Position numbers and translations under genes: made by a program
Shown: positions 51,485 through 64,000 of the stretch, in pieces
How positions within the stretch are numbered: the first letter of the stretch is position 1
Layout: the number at the start of each line of letters is the position of its first letter
Notes under the pieces: model-generated
Seen by the model: the letters and a program-made list of their open reading frames with translations, nothing else
The model's database searches: none
Told to the model about the DNA's origin: nothing
Source of the DNA: Mobula hypostoma
Lineage: Eukaryota
DNA length: 64,000 bases
Assembly: GCF_963921235.1 (NCBI RefSeq)
Contig: NC_086108.1
Coordinates: 55,182,001 to 55,246,000 of the forward strand
Reading direction: 5' to 3'

Positions 51485-54015
51485 GAAACATAGAAACATA
51501 GAAAACCTACAGCACAACATAGGCCTTTTGGCCCAAAATGCTGTGCCGAACATGTACTTACTTTAGAAATCTCTGACAGCCCCCCACACTATCCACAACA
51601 CCTCCAACCTTTATGTCATCAGGAAATTTACTAATCCATCCCTCCATTTCCTCATCCAGGTCATTTATAAAAATCACGAAGAGGAGGGACCCCAGAACAG
51701 ATCCCTGAGGCACACCACTGGTCACCGACTTCCATGCAGAATATGACCCATCTACAACCACTCTTTGCCTTCTGTGGGCAAGCCCGTTCTGGATCCACAA
51801 AGCAAGGTCCCCTTCGATCCCATGCCTCTTTACTTTCTCAATAAGCCTTGCATGGGGTATCTTATCAAATGCCTTGCTGAAATCCATATACACTACATCT
51901 ACTGCTTTACCTTCATCAACGTGTTTAGTCACATCCTCAAAAAATTCAATCAGGCTTGTAAGGCATGACCTGCCTTTGACAAAGCTATGCTGACTATTCC
52001 AAATCATATTATGCCTCTCCAAATGTTCATAAATCCTGCCTCTCAGGATCCTTTCCATCAACTTACCTACAACTGAAGTAAGACTCACTGGTCTATAATT
52101 TCCTGGGCTATCTCTAATCCCGTTCTTGAATAAGGGAACAGCATCTGCATCCCTCCAATCCTCTGGAACATCTCCCGTCCCCATTGATGATGCAAAGATC
52201 TCCTCCCTTGCCTCCCACAGTAGCTTGGGGTACATCTCTTCTGGTCCCGGAGACTTATTCAACTTGATGCTTTCCAAAGCTCCAGCACATCTACTTTCTT
52301 AATGTCTATATACTCAAGCTTTTCAATCCACTGTAAGTCATCCCTACACCCACCAAAATCCTGTTCCATAGTGAATACTGAAGCAAAGTATTAATTAAAT
52401 ATTAATTAAATAGGTTCACTAGGTTAATTCCTGGGATGTCCGGACTGTCTTACGCAGAGAGGTTAGAGAGACTCGGCTTGTACATGCTGGAATTAAGGAG
52501 ATTGAGGGGGGATCTGATTGAGACATATAAGATTATTAAGGGATTGGACAAGATAGAGGCAGGAAATATGTTCCAGATGCTGGGAGAGTCCAGTACCAGA
52601 GGGCATGGTTTAAGAATAAGGGGCAGGTCATTTAGGACAGAGTTGAGGAGGAACTTCTTCTCCCAGAGAGTTGTGGAGGTGTGGAACGCGCTGCCTCAGA
52701 AGGCAGTGGAGGCCAATTCTCTGGATGCTTTCAAGAAGGAGCTAGATAGGTATCTTATGGATAGGGGAATCAAGGGTTATGGGGACAAGGCAGGAACCGG
52801 GTATTGATAGTAGATGATCAGCCATGATCTCAGAATGGCGGTGCAGGCTCGAAGGGCCGAATGGTCTACTTCTGCACCTCTTGTCTATTGTAAATATCTT
52901 TGCCATCTCCTCTGGTTCCGTATACACTTTTCCACTGTCACACTCGATTGGTTCTATTCTCTCACATCTTATCTTCTTGCTCTTCATATATTTGTAGAAT
53001 GCCTTGGGGTTTTCTTTAATCCTGCTCACCTAGGCCTTCTCATGGCCCCTTCTGGCTCTCCTAATTTCATTCTTAAGCTCCTTCCTGCTAGCCTTATAAT
53101 CTTCTAGATTCTTATCATTACCTAGTTTTTTGAACCTTTCGTAAGCTTTTCTTTTCTTCTTGACTAGATTTTCAACAGCCTTTGTATACCACAGTTCCTG
53201 TACCCTACGACCTTTCTCTGTCTCATTGAAATGTACCTTTGCAGAAGGCCATGCAAATATCTCTTGAACATTTGCCACATTTCTGCCATATATTTCCCTG
53301 AGAATATATGTTCCCAATTTATGCTTCCAAGTTCCTGCTGATAGCTTCATATTTCCCTTTACGTCAATTAACAGACCTAACTTGTCTGTTCCTATCCCTC
53401 TCCAATACTATGGTAAAGGAGATAAAATTGTGTTCACGATCTCCAATATGCTCTCCCATTGAGAGACCTGACACCTGACCAGGTTCATTTCTCAATACCA
53501 GATCAAGTACAGCCTCTCCTTTTGTAGGCTTATCTACATATTGTGTCAGGAACCTTCCTGAACACACCTAACACACTCCACCCCATCTAAACCCCTTGCT
53601 CTAGGGGAGATACCAATCAATATTGGGGAAATTAAAATCTCCCACCACGTCAACCCTGTTACTATTACACCTTTCCAGAATCTGTCTCCTTATCTGCTCC
53701 TCGATGTCCCTGTTACTATTGGGTGGTCTATAAAAAACACCCAGTAAAGTTATTGACCCCTTCCTGTTTCTAACTTCCACCCACAGAGACTCACAGACAA
53801 TCCCTTCATGACTTCCTCCTTTTCAGCAGCTGTGGCACTATCTATGATCAGCAGTGCCATGCCCCCACCTCTTTTGCCTCCCTCCCTGTCCTTCCTGAAG
53901 CATCTAAAGTTTGACACTCTAAGTAACCATTCCTGCCCCTGAGCCATCCAAGTCTCTGTAATGGCCACAACATCATAGCTCCATGTACTGATCCATGGTC
54001 TAAGCTCATCTGCTT
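51485..54015 (-). mobile_element. CR1 LINE (APE and RT, internal deletion)
   Basis: YDVVAITETW, RT ORF 51558..52277, CATAGAAA tail. Confidence 0.95.
52410..52888 (+). mobile_element. Young CR1 3' fragment nested in the opposite-strand CR1
   Basis: ORF 52436..52807 (LRRLRGDLIETYKII...); tail TTGTCTATTG. Confidence 0.93.
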
Positions 54016-54899
54016 GACAACAGCTATATGCCCTTAAAATATTATAAGAATGTGAATTTATGTTGTTAAAGGCAATAGAGTTATGTCTGATTCTAGTTAC
54101 ACCTGATGCCTGCATGCATGTTTTACAAACAGCAAGAGCCATATGTTGAGAATGTTCTTGATGTTCTTATGAACTGTATCCATCAGTATTGAATCCAATT
54201 GTAGTGCACTATAATTTGCTTTGTTTACACAGTTCTTAAAAATCAGATGAAACCAAGCATTTTCTAATGGGTTGTCGTGCTCTGTTTACACAATGCCATA
54301 TTTTTTTGTAATGTCTCAGCAGATTGAGCATGAACTGTAATTCAACATCATTTGCAATTGTACATAAATGGTTTAAATTATCAATGACAATCTAATGATT
54401 GGAGAATGATTTATCCCAGATGATTTTATGTGTATGATGGGTTCCTTAAGGTTGTTTTAGCTAGGGGAGGGGGTAGTGGGGATAAGTTCACACTACTCAT
54501 TAACTGTTTCCAATGGTGTGCACCTCAAATGGCCTCAAACGACCAAGTTCAGCTCCTGGCCATGTGTGGCTTAGCTACCAAGCCTGGCAGACCTGCTCTA
54601 TTGACAGGAAAAGGGGTGAAAGTGAGTTACTGGTGTCTTAAAACCAGTTGCTTCAGGCAGATGTGGTCGGCAACTCATCTAAGGGAAGGAAAACTTTCAT
54701 CTCAAACTTTTTGGAGCATGCACCATCCAATGGTACGCAATAATTCCAGCTGACAACACAATGTTACGCAATAACTCCAGCTCCATCGCTATCGAGCAAC
54801 TCACTGATGGGATAGTCCTGCAGGACTTGATGTTCTTGGTACCCAGCAGTGACTTGCAATCGTAGTAAAAAAAAGACTACAAGATGAACAAACTCTAGG

Positions 54900-56270
54900 A
54901 GAAGATGACGCTAGCGAACAACACAACCATGGACGGTTAAAGAAACTACTTCTTTCACATCTTAATTTTCTTTCAAAATGTGTTTCTGCCACAGTTGGAG
55001 CCTGTGATCAACATTTTGGTGGTGTGTTATTAGGCTGATTGAGCAATCTGGCGCTTTGCTGTCTCGGAGGAGGTTGGTGAGGGGTGCAGACTTTAGGCCA
55101 AGAAGCCTGGAGATGGGGTGTGAGCCCATAATTGACTCTATTTCTCACTGATCTCACTGATTAAAGCATTGAGGAAGATTGAAATCATCGAGGTGAGAGC
55201 AGAAGGCAAGCGGGTGTTCGGCTCTGTCTACCAACAGCGCCTACTGCTGCCAAAGGAAGGTGTCTGCATGTGGTCTCTCTCTCCCTCTTGCTCACTGCTC
55301 CCAGAGGAAGGTCCCTGCGCTTGAATGGTCCCTCTCTCTCCCTCGATGCTGTCGGAGGATGGTGCCAGAGTCCTAGGTCTTAGGCAAGGCTTAATCGACG
55401 TGATTTAAGGATTGGACTCCGTAGTTCATATTATGATGTGTTTCTGGTTTCTAGTTACTCCTTACTTTTGTTGCTATTTTCGGCAATTTTGATAGGGGCG
55501 GCCTGCAGATAATGAATAACACAGCGCTAGATTTAACTAGAACTGAGCTGAACCGAATATGCCTGCATTCTTTTGATTTTGAGTTTTATATTCTGTGTTT
55601 TTTGCCATTTACATGATTTTTTTTTGTGTGTGGAGGGAGTTTCTTTGAATGGTTCCATGGTTTTCAAAGTTCAAAGTACATTTACTATCAAAGTATGTAC
55701 AAGTTGTATAATCTTGAGATTTGTCTCCTTACAGACAGCCACAAAACAAGAACCACAAAAAGACCCATTTTAAAAAAATGACTCACCAACACCCAATGTG
55801 CAGAGAGAGAGGGAAAAAACACAAATCATGCAAACAATAAAATCAACCAATGGCATCCAGGACAAAAGTGAGTCCATAGACACAGAGCAGGCCACATCCT
55901 CAACCTCAATTCAACACACAGCAGGGCAAATCTTCATGAAACCTGCAGACACGAAGCCCAGAAGAGCCTGAGCAGGCCACATCCTCAGCCTCAGTGCCAC
56001 AGACAGCAGAATAAATACTGCAGAGCAGCAAGCAGAACTGGCTCAACCTTCCCCGACACCCAGCCTTTTCAGTCCATCTGGCCCAGTGTTTAAACTGTCC
56101 AAGCACCGGGTTACCCCTCACACTAGGATCTGGGCCCTGGACCCTGCCACCACCTTCCAGCCCGTACCCAACCTCTCCAAATTGGCCCAGCACTTAGATC
56201 AATCAAACCTCAGGGTTGTATACTGCAAACATACTTTGATAATAAAATCTGTGAATCTTTGTATCTTTGA
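54900..56270. mobile_element. Non-coding remnants of Rex1/Babar-associated repeats in both orientations
   Basis: TTCAAAGTTCAAAGTACATTTACTATCAAAG and CAGGGTTGTATACTGC..ACTTTGATAATAAA tails, as at ~15230-15280. Confidence 0.55.
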
Positions 56271-56963
56271 ATACACCGTTGAGTGGACTCGGAGCGGCTC
56301 CTGTGATGAGCATGACGCCATCTTACTGTAGACCTTGTCATTTATCACCCGTGTGCTACATAGAGCATGAAAACAGGCCATTTAGCTCAACTTGATTGCC
56401 ACAGCTAAATGCACATAGAGATCACCCCACTCCATTGATTCAAGCAGACAATCTAATGGCAACACTTCAGTATTGAGGGTACACTACATTATTGGAGGCA
56501 GTCTTCCAAATGACAAGTTTAACTCGTACATTAGGTGATGTGAATGGTCCCATGATACAATCTGAATTCTGATGTTCTATCAAATATCCATTCTTCAACC
56601 AGAAACAAAAGCTACATATTCTTGCCTTTTATTTTCTCGCTATTTAGAGAACCATATTGCATGTAAAATTGCTCTGCCTTACTGACATTACAACAAGGAG
56701 TACATCATAACATTAAATTGTTGTGGTGTGAAAAGGGATATTTCACATAGCAATTGCTGCTATTTCATAGAAAATCTTATTTCAGAAATCTTAACCATAT
56801 CAAATTTCTTATTACTGTATTGCATTTTGTATACGGTATCATTTAGAAATGACGAAGTATTATATCCAACTGTGACACCAAAAGTCACATTTTAAAGGTA
56901 CGAGAAAACCTGTTTCTTTAGCATATATCTTAATTTCAGGACATTCCTATGTTGTTTATAGTT

Positions 56964-59900
56964 AGAAATATAGAAAACCTACAGGACAATACAGGCCATT
57001 CAGCCCACAATGCTGTCCTTATCTTAGAAATTACCTAGGCTTACCCATTTTTCTAAGCTCCATGTACCTATCCAGCAGCCTCTTAAAAGACGCTCCACCA
57101 CCATCGCTGGCAGCCCATTCCACGCACTCACCACACTCTGTGTAAAAAAAACTTACCCCTGACATCTCCTCTGTACCTACTTCCAAGCACCTTAAAACTG
57201 TGCCCTCCCGTGCTAGCCATTTCAGCCCTGGGAAAAAGCCTCTGACTATCCACACATCCTCCGCCGGTCCAAGGAGAGAAGGCCGAGTTCACTCAAACTA
57301 TTCTCACCAGGCATGCTCCCCAATCCAGGCAACATCCTTGTAAATCTCCTCTACACTCTTTTTATAGTTTCCACATCCTTTCTGTAGTGAGGTGAACAGA
57401 ACTGAGCACTGTACTCCAAGGGGGGGTCTGACCAGGTTCCTATATAGCTGCAACATTACCTCTTGGCTCTTAAACTCAATCCCATGGTTGATGAAGGCCA
57501 ATGCACTGTTTGCCTTCTTAACCACAGAGTCAACCAGTGCAGCAGCTTTGAGTGGACTCGGACCCCAAGGTCCCTCTGATCCTCTACACTGCCAAGAGTA
57601 TTACCATTAATATTATATTCTGCCATCATATTTGACCTATAAAAAAATGAACCACCTCACACTTATCTGGGTTGAACACCATCTGCCACTTCTCAACCCA
57701 GTTTTGCATCCTATCAATGTCCCACTGTAAGCTCTGACAGCCCTCCACACTATCCACAACACCCCCAACCTTTGTGTCATCAGCATTTACTAACCCATCC
57801 CTTCACTTCCTCATCTAGGTCATTTATAAAAATCACCAAGAGTGGGGTCCCAGAACAGATCCCTGAGGCACACCACTGGTCACCGGCCTCCATGCAGAAT
57901 ATGACCCATCTACAACCACTCTTTGCCTTCTGTGGGCAAGCCAATTCAGGATCCACAAAGCAATGTCCCCTTGGATCCCATGTCTCCTTACTTTCTCAAT
58001 AAGCCTTGCATGGGCTTTGCTAAAATCCATGCACACTACATCTACTCCTCTACCTTCATCAATGTGTTTAGTCACATCCTCAAAAGAATTCAATCAGGCT
58101 TATAAGGCAAGACCTGCTTTTGACAAAGCCATGCTGACCATTCCTAATCATATTATGCCTCTCTAAATGTTCATAAATCCTGCCTCTCGGGATCTTCTTA
58201 TCAACAACTGAAGTAAGACTCACTAGTCTATAATTTCCTGGGCTATCTCTACTCTCTTGAACAAGGGAACAACACCTGCAACCCTCCAATCATCTTCAAC
58301 CTCTCCGATCCCCATTGATGATGCAAAGATCATTGCCAGAGGCTCAGCAATCTCCTCCCTCACTTTCCACAGTAGTCTGGGGTACATCCCGTCTGGTCCC
58401 AGAGACTTACCTAACTTGATGTTTTCCAAAAGCTCCAGCACATCCTCTTTCTTAATGTCTATATGCTCAAGCTTTTCAATCTGTTGTAAGTCATCCCTGC
58501 AATCGCCAAGATTCTGTTCTGTAATGAATACTAAAGCAAAGTATTTATTAATTATCTCTGCTTTCTCCTCCAGTTTCATACACACTTTTCCACTATCACG
58601 CCTGATTGGTCCTATTCTCTCACATCTTATCCTCTTGCTCTTCACGTACTTGTAGAATGCCTTGGGATTTTCTTTAATCTTGCTCACCAAGGCTTTCTCA
58701 TGGCCCCTTCTGGCTCTCCTAATTTCATTCTTAAGCTCCTTCCTGCTAGCCTGTTAATCTTCTAGATCTCTATCTTTACCTAGTTTTTTGAACTTTTTGG
58801 AAGCTTTTCGTTTCGTCTTGACTAGATTTTCAACAGCCTTCGGACGCCACAGTTCCTGTACCCTACCATCCTTTCCCTGTCTCATTAGAACGTACCTATG
58901 CAGAACACCATGCAAATATCCCCTGAACATTTGCAGCATTTCTGTCATAGTTTTCCCTGGAAACATCTGTTCCCAATTTATGCTTCCAAGTTCCTGCCTG
59001 ATAGCTTCATATTTCCCTTACTCCAATTAAACACTTTCCTAGCTTGTCTGTTCCTTCAAATTGTGATCACTATCTCCAAAATGCTCTCCCACTGACAGAC
59101 CTGACCAGGTTCATTTCCCAATACCAGCTTCTCCTCTTGTAGGCTTTTCTACATATTGTGTCAGCAAACCTTCCCGAACACACCAAAAAAACTCCAACCC
59201 ATCTAACCCCTTGCTCTAGGGAGATGCCAATGAATATTTGGGAAATTGAAATCTTCCACCTCGACAACCCTGTTATTATTACACCTTTCCAGAATATGCA
59301 TCCCTATCTGCTCCTCTATGTCCTTGTTACTGTTGGGAGGTCTATAAAAGACACCCAGTAGAGTTATTGACCTCTTCCTGTTTCTAACTTCCACGCACAG
59401 AGTCTCAGTAGACAATCCTTCCATGACTTCCTCCTTTTCTGCAGCCGTGACACTATCTCTGATCAGCAGTGCCACGCCCCCACCTCTTTTGCCTCCCTCC
59501 CTGTCCTTTCTGAAACATGAAAAGCTTGGCACTCTGAATAGCCATTCCTGTCCCTGAACCACCTAAGTCTCTGTAATGGCCACAGCATCATAGCTCCAAT
59601 TACTGATCCACACTCTAAGCTTTGTTCATTATGCTTCTTGCATTAAAATAGACACATCTCAAATCATCAGTCTGAGCGCGTCCCTTCTCTATCAACTGCC
59701 TATCCTCCCTCTCGCACTGTCTCCAAGTTTTCTCTATTTGTGAGCCAACAGCCCCTTCTTCGGTCTCTTCCGTTTGGTTCCCACCTGCCAGCAATTCCTG
59801 TTTAAACTCTCACCAATAGCCTCAGCAAACCTCCCTGCCAGGATATTTGTCCTCCTCGGATTCAAGTGAAACCCGTCCTTTTTGTACAGGTCATGCCTGC

Positions 59901-60430
59901 CCCAAAAGAGGTCTCAATGATCCAGAAATCTGAATCCCTGCCCCCTGCTCCAATCCCTGAGCCACGCATTTATCCTCCACCTCATTCTATTGCTATACTC
60001 ACTGTCACGTGGCACAGGCAGTAATCCCGAGATTACTACCTTTGAGTTCCTGCTTCTCAACTTCCTTCCTAACTCTCTGTAGTCTGTTTTCACGACCTCC
60101 TCCCTTTTCCTACCTATGTCGTCGGTACCAATATGTACCACGACCTCTGGCTGTTCACCTTCCCACTTCAGGAAATTGTGGATGCGATCAGAAACATCCT
60201 GGATCCTGGCACCTGGGAGGCAAACTACTATCCGTGTTTCTTTCCTACGTCCACAGGTTTGCTTGTCTGACCCCCTAACTATAGAGTCCCCTATTACTGC
60301 AGCCTTCTTCCTTTCCCTACCCTTCTGAGCCACAGGGCCAGACCCTGTGCCAGAGGTGCGGCCACTGTTGGTTCCGCCGGGTAGGTCGTTCCCCCCCAAC
60401 AGTACTCAAACAGGAGTACTTATTGTTAAA
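56964..60430 (-). mobile_element. Near-full-length decayed CR1 including ORF1 SGNH esterase-like domain
   Basis: ORF 59914..60399: VIGDSIVRG...CLPGARI...VVVHIGTDDIG; APE 59203..59562; RT 57833..58690; 3' tail. Confidence 0.96.
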
Positions 60431-61689
60431 GCTGAGTTGGAGAGTTTATTGAGTCATTGTACTTATTGAGCTGTTACCTTAGTTACATTCTTGCATTGTC
60501 ACTTAATTTTTAGAGGAACTAGAAAAACAATTCAATAACGAGTTTTTAAAAGATCCCTTTCATTGCGCTCTTCCAAATCTGTAGGCTAATTTAAGAATTT
60601 ACGTAAAATGTGTTAATTTTGTTCAAGCATAGGACTCAGAAGAGGATAATAATATTATAATTGTATGAATAAATGCATTTTCTAAAGTGCCTCTTCCTGA
60701 AAGATTCCTTATTTTTAGTTGTAGATAAGGTGTAACGTACATCAACAGCAATTATTTTAGGGGAACTGATTCATACTTCAACATTCTGCTTGGGTAGTTC
60801 TTTAGGATCAAGTGTGACTTGTATCCATTCCAGTTCCATTAACTCTGAGATGTCTGACCAGCATTAGTGTTCCCTCCCAGGCCATCACCCCTGGTTATTT
60901 AATTCCAGTCACTGGGCCTCCTCACCTGCCTGTGGGACCAATGGATTTTGTCACGATAAACAATCTGCTAGAGGAACTCAGTGGGGGGGGGGGCATCGAC
61001 TCAGACCAAGAGAGGCCTGCATCGGGCATTTTCATGCCTCACAAGGTGCAGATTGGAAGTCTGTGTGGGGCACCACTCCTCGCACAGACACTAGAGCAAT
61101 ATGTGGTTAAGTGGATTGCTCAAGGACACAAGGAGCTCAGTGGTTGAACAAAATCTGTGGGAGGAATAGAATTGTTGATGGTTCTGGCCAAAATCATGCA
61201 TCACATCCATAGTTTTTTTTTGCTCCAGATTCCAGCAACAGCAGTCTTTTGTGTCTCCAGATTCTGTCACAGATGGGTTGGGTAGATGTACCTGTTGGGA
61301 GGTGCAATACTCCCTCAAACATTTATGCTAGGCTTCTGTGGGCTCTCAAGCTCCAAATGCCCTATTCAATGTTCCTTCTCTATTTTGCATGGTCACCTGA
61401 CAGGGATTCTCATCACTCAACAGGGATCTTGCACTTTTTCAATTGGACTTTACGAATATCCTGTAATTATTTATTTGTCCATCTGGTAATATTTCCAGAG
61501 TTCAGAGTAGACTGTCAATATTAACAGTCTGGTGTCAGGCATGCAAAGAAGACCAGGCCATAGGAAGCAACTGACTGCAATTGTCACCTTAATGCTGGGG
61601 GGTGTTGGTGTGGCAGATTTTGCTGATGCTGGTTTGCTTATCAGTCAACAGATTTCGAGAATATTAGAGATCGTATGGATGGGTTCATT

Positions 61690-61812
61690 ACAAGACCATA
61701 AGACACAGGAGCAGAACCAGGCCATTCGAACCATCAACTCTGCTCTGCCATTTCATTATGGTTGATCCATTTCCCCTCTCAACCCCATTTTCCTGCCTTC
61801 TCCTCATAACCT
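61690..61812 (-). mobile_element. CR1 3' terminal fragment
   Basis: AAGACCATAAGACACAGGAGCAGAACCAGGCCATTCG is the reverse complement of the CR1 tail. Confidence 0.8.
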
Positions 61813-62939
61813 ATAGGACCATATGACATCCACTCCAGTGTTTTACAGTGCTTGCTATTAAGCAACTCATTATATGAACATAATTAAAACCATTTCTGCA
61901 CAGCACAACAGGAGCGTTGTGCTGGGTTTGAAGTCTTGGTCTCCAAGCAGCCGTTTCTTTAGAAGGCTAACGACTTCACTGCAGCATTGATGGTTTTAGT
62001 GAATTGAACCACTGTTTGGTCTATGTATTCCACTGAGCTTTATTGTCAGAGGGTGATGCTGTACAGCAGGGACAGGTGGTGGATGACCTTTATCTTCAGT
62101 GTATTAACTAAGCTTTGCTTCAGGTAACAAGTTGACAATAACAACCTTTCCACATGTCTGGACCCCAAGCACCAAGCTGTTTTCTGTAGCTGGTGACTGC
62201 AGCTGGAGTGCTATTAATCTTAGAGAGTAGGTGATTTACGATGAATGATTTACCACTTGAGCTGTAGATTAGCTTCGTGGCGGCAGATAGTCTGAGCAGC
62301 GACTGTCCTGATGCAGGCTTTTGACCAGAAATGTTAACCATACCATGGCCTTTCCAGCTGCTGCTCCACCCACTGGATCCATCCTGCAGTTTACTTTTTG
62401 CTCCAGAGAGCAGTGTACAGACTTGCATTTTGCTCTGCTGCCACAGCCCAAGGTCTCCAGATGCTTTGACATCGATATCACCGTATTAAATGAAAGATAA
62501 TAGGCAGGTGAGGACAAACTCAGAACTCAACTAATGGGTAAATCTTCTGGAAGGGCACTGTGGGTGGACATGGATTTTCAATGAAAAAGTGAAGGGATGG
62601 AAGAACAATGAGTTAAACAGCATTTGTGGAGGCAAGTCTATTTTTCTGAGAATACAAATTGGATAGGCATGGACGTTGCTGTCAATAATGAGCTAATCCT
62701 ATAACTCAGAATCTCCCCTTGTTGGTCAAGCAAAAGTCTTATGGCCTTCCAACTTACTTTACCAGAGGAACAGTTTGGTAGGGACGTCAGAATTTACACC
62801 CCAATCCTAATTCTTTGGGTGCGGCAATTAATCAACGTTTATTTAGCATTCTTCATCAAAACACATTATCCTGGCAAAATTATAGTACAACATGACGATC
62901 TTGAGGTTTCACCACAGAGTGTTCGTATTTACACATAAA

Positions 62940-63530
62940 TAGACGACTTACCTGCCAAAAAACGGGCAGCAGCCGCTGACGTAATCAGCGTAGCGGAACC
63001 CAGGGCGAGTTAATTGCAAAGCTACGCCCCTTTTCAATGCCTTTGCGCATGTTACTGGTACTACACTTTGCACTTCATTCAAATGCATGCGGAAAACCAG
63101 ATGGAGCTGTCAGAGGGAGACAGATAAATGTACGGCACCTTGCCAGGCTAGAAATGGGGCTGTAAATACAGAGAGCGGCAGGAGACTGTCGCATTGCCCA
63201 GGAACCTGACCTTCCTTAGCAACACTGCCTTCACTTGAGAGTGGGATCAAGTAGCCCGATAGGACACTGGACGTGGAGCGCAATAGCCCGCAGGAACCGG
63301 ACACCACCGCTCGCGTGAGCCAGGCAGCCGGAGAGCAGAGGCTCGAGCTTCAGCTGGACATTCACCAGCAGCACGGGCTCGACTGTTGGACACCGAGAGG
63401 GACAGTCTGACGAGGCTTTCAAACGCTTAGGTTTATTTTTAATCCCACTCTTCGCCACCTCGTTTTCCCACCTTCAGTCCGACGACAACACTTGTCTTCC
63501 GATTCCAAGGTAAGACTCGGGGAATAATCC
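62940..63530. promoter_or_regulatory. CpG island, probable bidirectional promoter
   Basis: CpG-rich and repeat-free; outward-facing donors CAG|gtaagt (minus, GT at 62951-62950) and AAG|gtaaga (plus, GT at 63510-63511); TGACGTAA at 62977, TGCGCATG at 63044, CCTTAGCAAC at ~63214. Confidence 0.75.
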
Positions 63531-64000
63531 GTAGTGTGCTGAGTTTGTGTTCACATTCTTATAGACATAAGCAGATAACAGATGAGCTGCACTGTACGGT
63601 TCCCGGTGAACACTCACAACAAACAATGCACAGTCGACAGAGGTTTCTTCTTCTTGGGCTGCCCTACTTGGGTGCTAGCAAGTACTTGGCTGATCTTGTA
63701 TTTTATTTGTATTCCGTTTTAGTAAATTATCCATTGCCCCTCCCCCTTCCCATCACCCTTGCATCATTTTAAAAGACGTTTTAAAATACACAAATTCCTT
63801 GTGGCCCAGAATGGCACGTGTTGGAATATACACTCCCAGAACTGACCAGCTGAACTCCTGTTAAAATTTTGTGTGTTTTGAAGAGTTTTCTTGTCTTTGT
63901 ATGGTCGCTAGCAATATAGGCTGGAACAAACTCGTGCCTTCCCTCCCTTTCATTGGTTGATAAAGCTGTGCAAACGTACCGACCAGAGGGTGATTTCGAA

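Noticed and set aside
59914..60399. Cellular GDSL/SGNH lipase gene
   Set aside because: It is CR1 ORF1, directly upstream of APE-RT
61901..61924. CAGCACAAC...GTTGTGCTG hairpin as an ncRNA
   Set aside because: Only 9 bp; no snoRNA, tRNA or miRNA hallmarks recognised
63406..63425. CTGACGA as a hammerhead core
   Set aside because: No stem II followed by GAAA

Overview
Repeat-dominated vertebrate genomic DNA. The repeat set (CR1 LINEs with an SGNH-esterase ORF1, Rex1/Babar LINEs, Penelope elements, a V-SINE) suggests a cartilaginous fish, probably a ray; this is inference. Almost all ORF-track entries are transposon fragments or antisense shadows. Main structures: (1) a Penelope-like retroelement at 26440-31564 with a 14-bp TSD, ~830-bp inverted ends, an uninterrupted RT region, a GIY-YIG endonuclease and an intact-looking minimal hammerhead ribozyme in each arm, split by a Gypsy-type solo LTR; (2) a decayed env-bearing class I endogenous retrovirus at 37518-43265, inserted in a CR1 and carrying a Chapaev3-like DNA transposon in its integrase; (3) a nest of Gypsy > CR1 plus hAT > hAT MITE at 2470-7230; (4) many short Penelope-derived inserts, several with hammerhead motifs; (5) a CpG-rich, probably bidirectional promoter at ~62940-63530; (6) three phase-compatible minus-strand candidate exons at 44049-45619 that would encode an unrecognised small protein with a C-terminal membrane anchor. 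No known host gene is recognised. Boundaries without a stated TSD are approximate.
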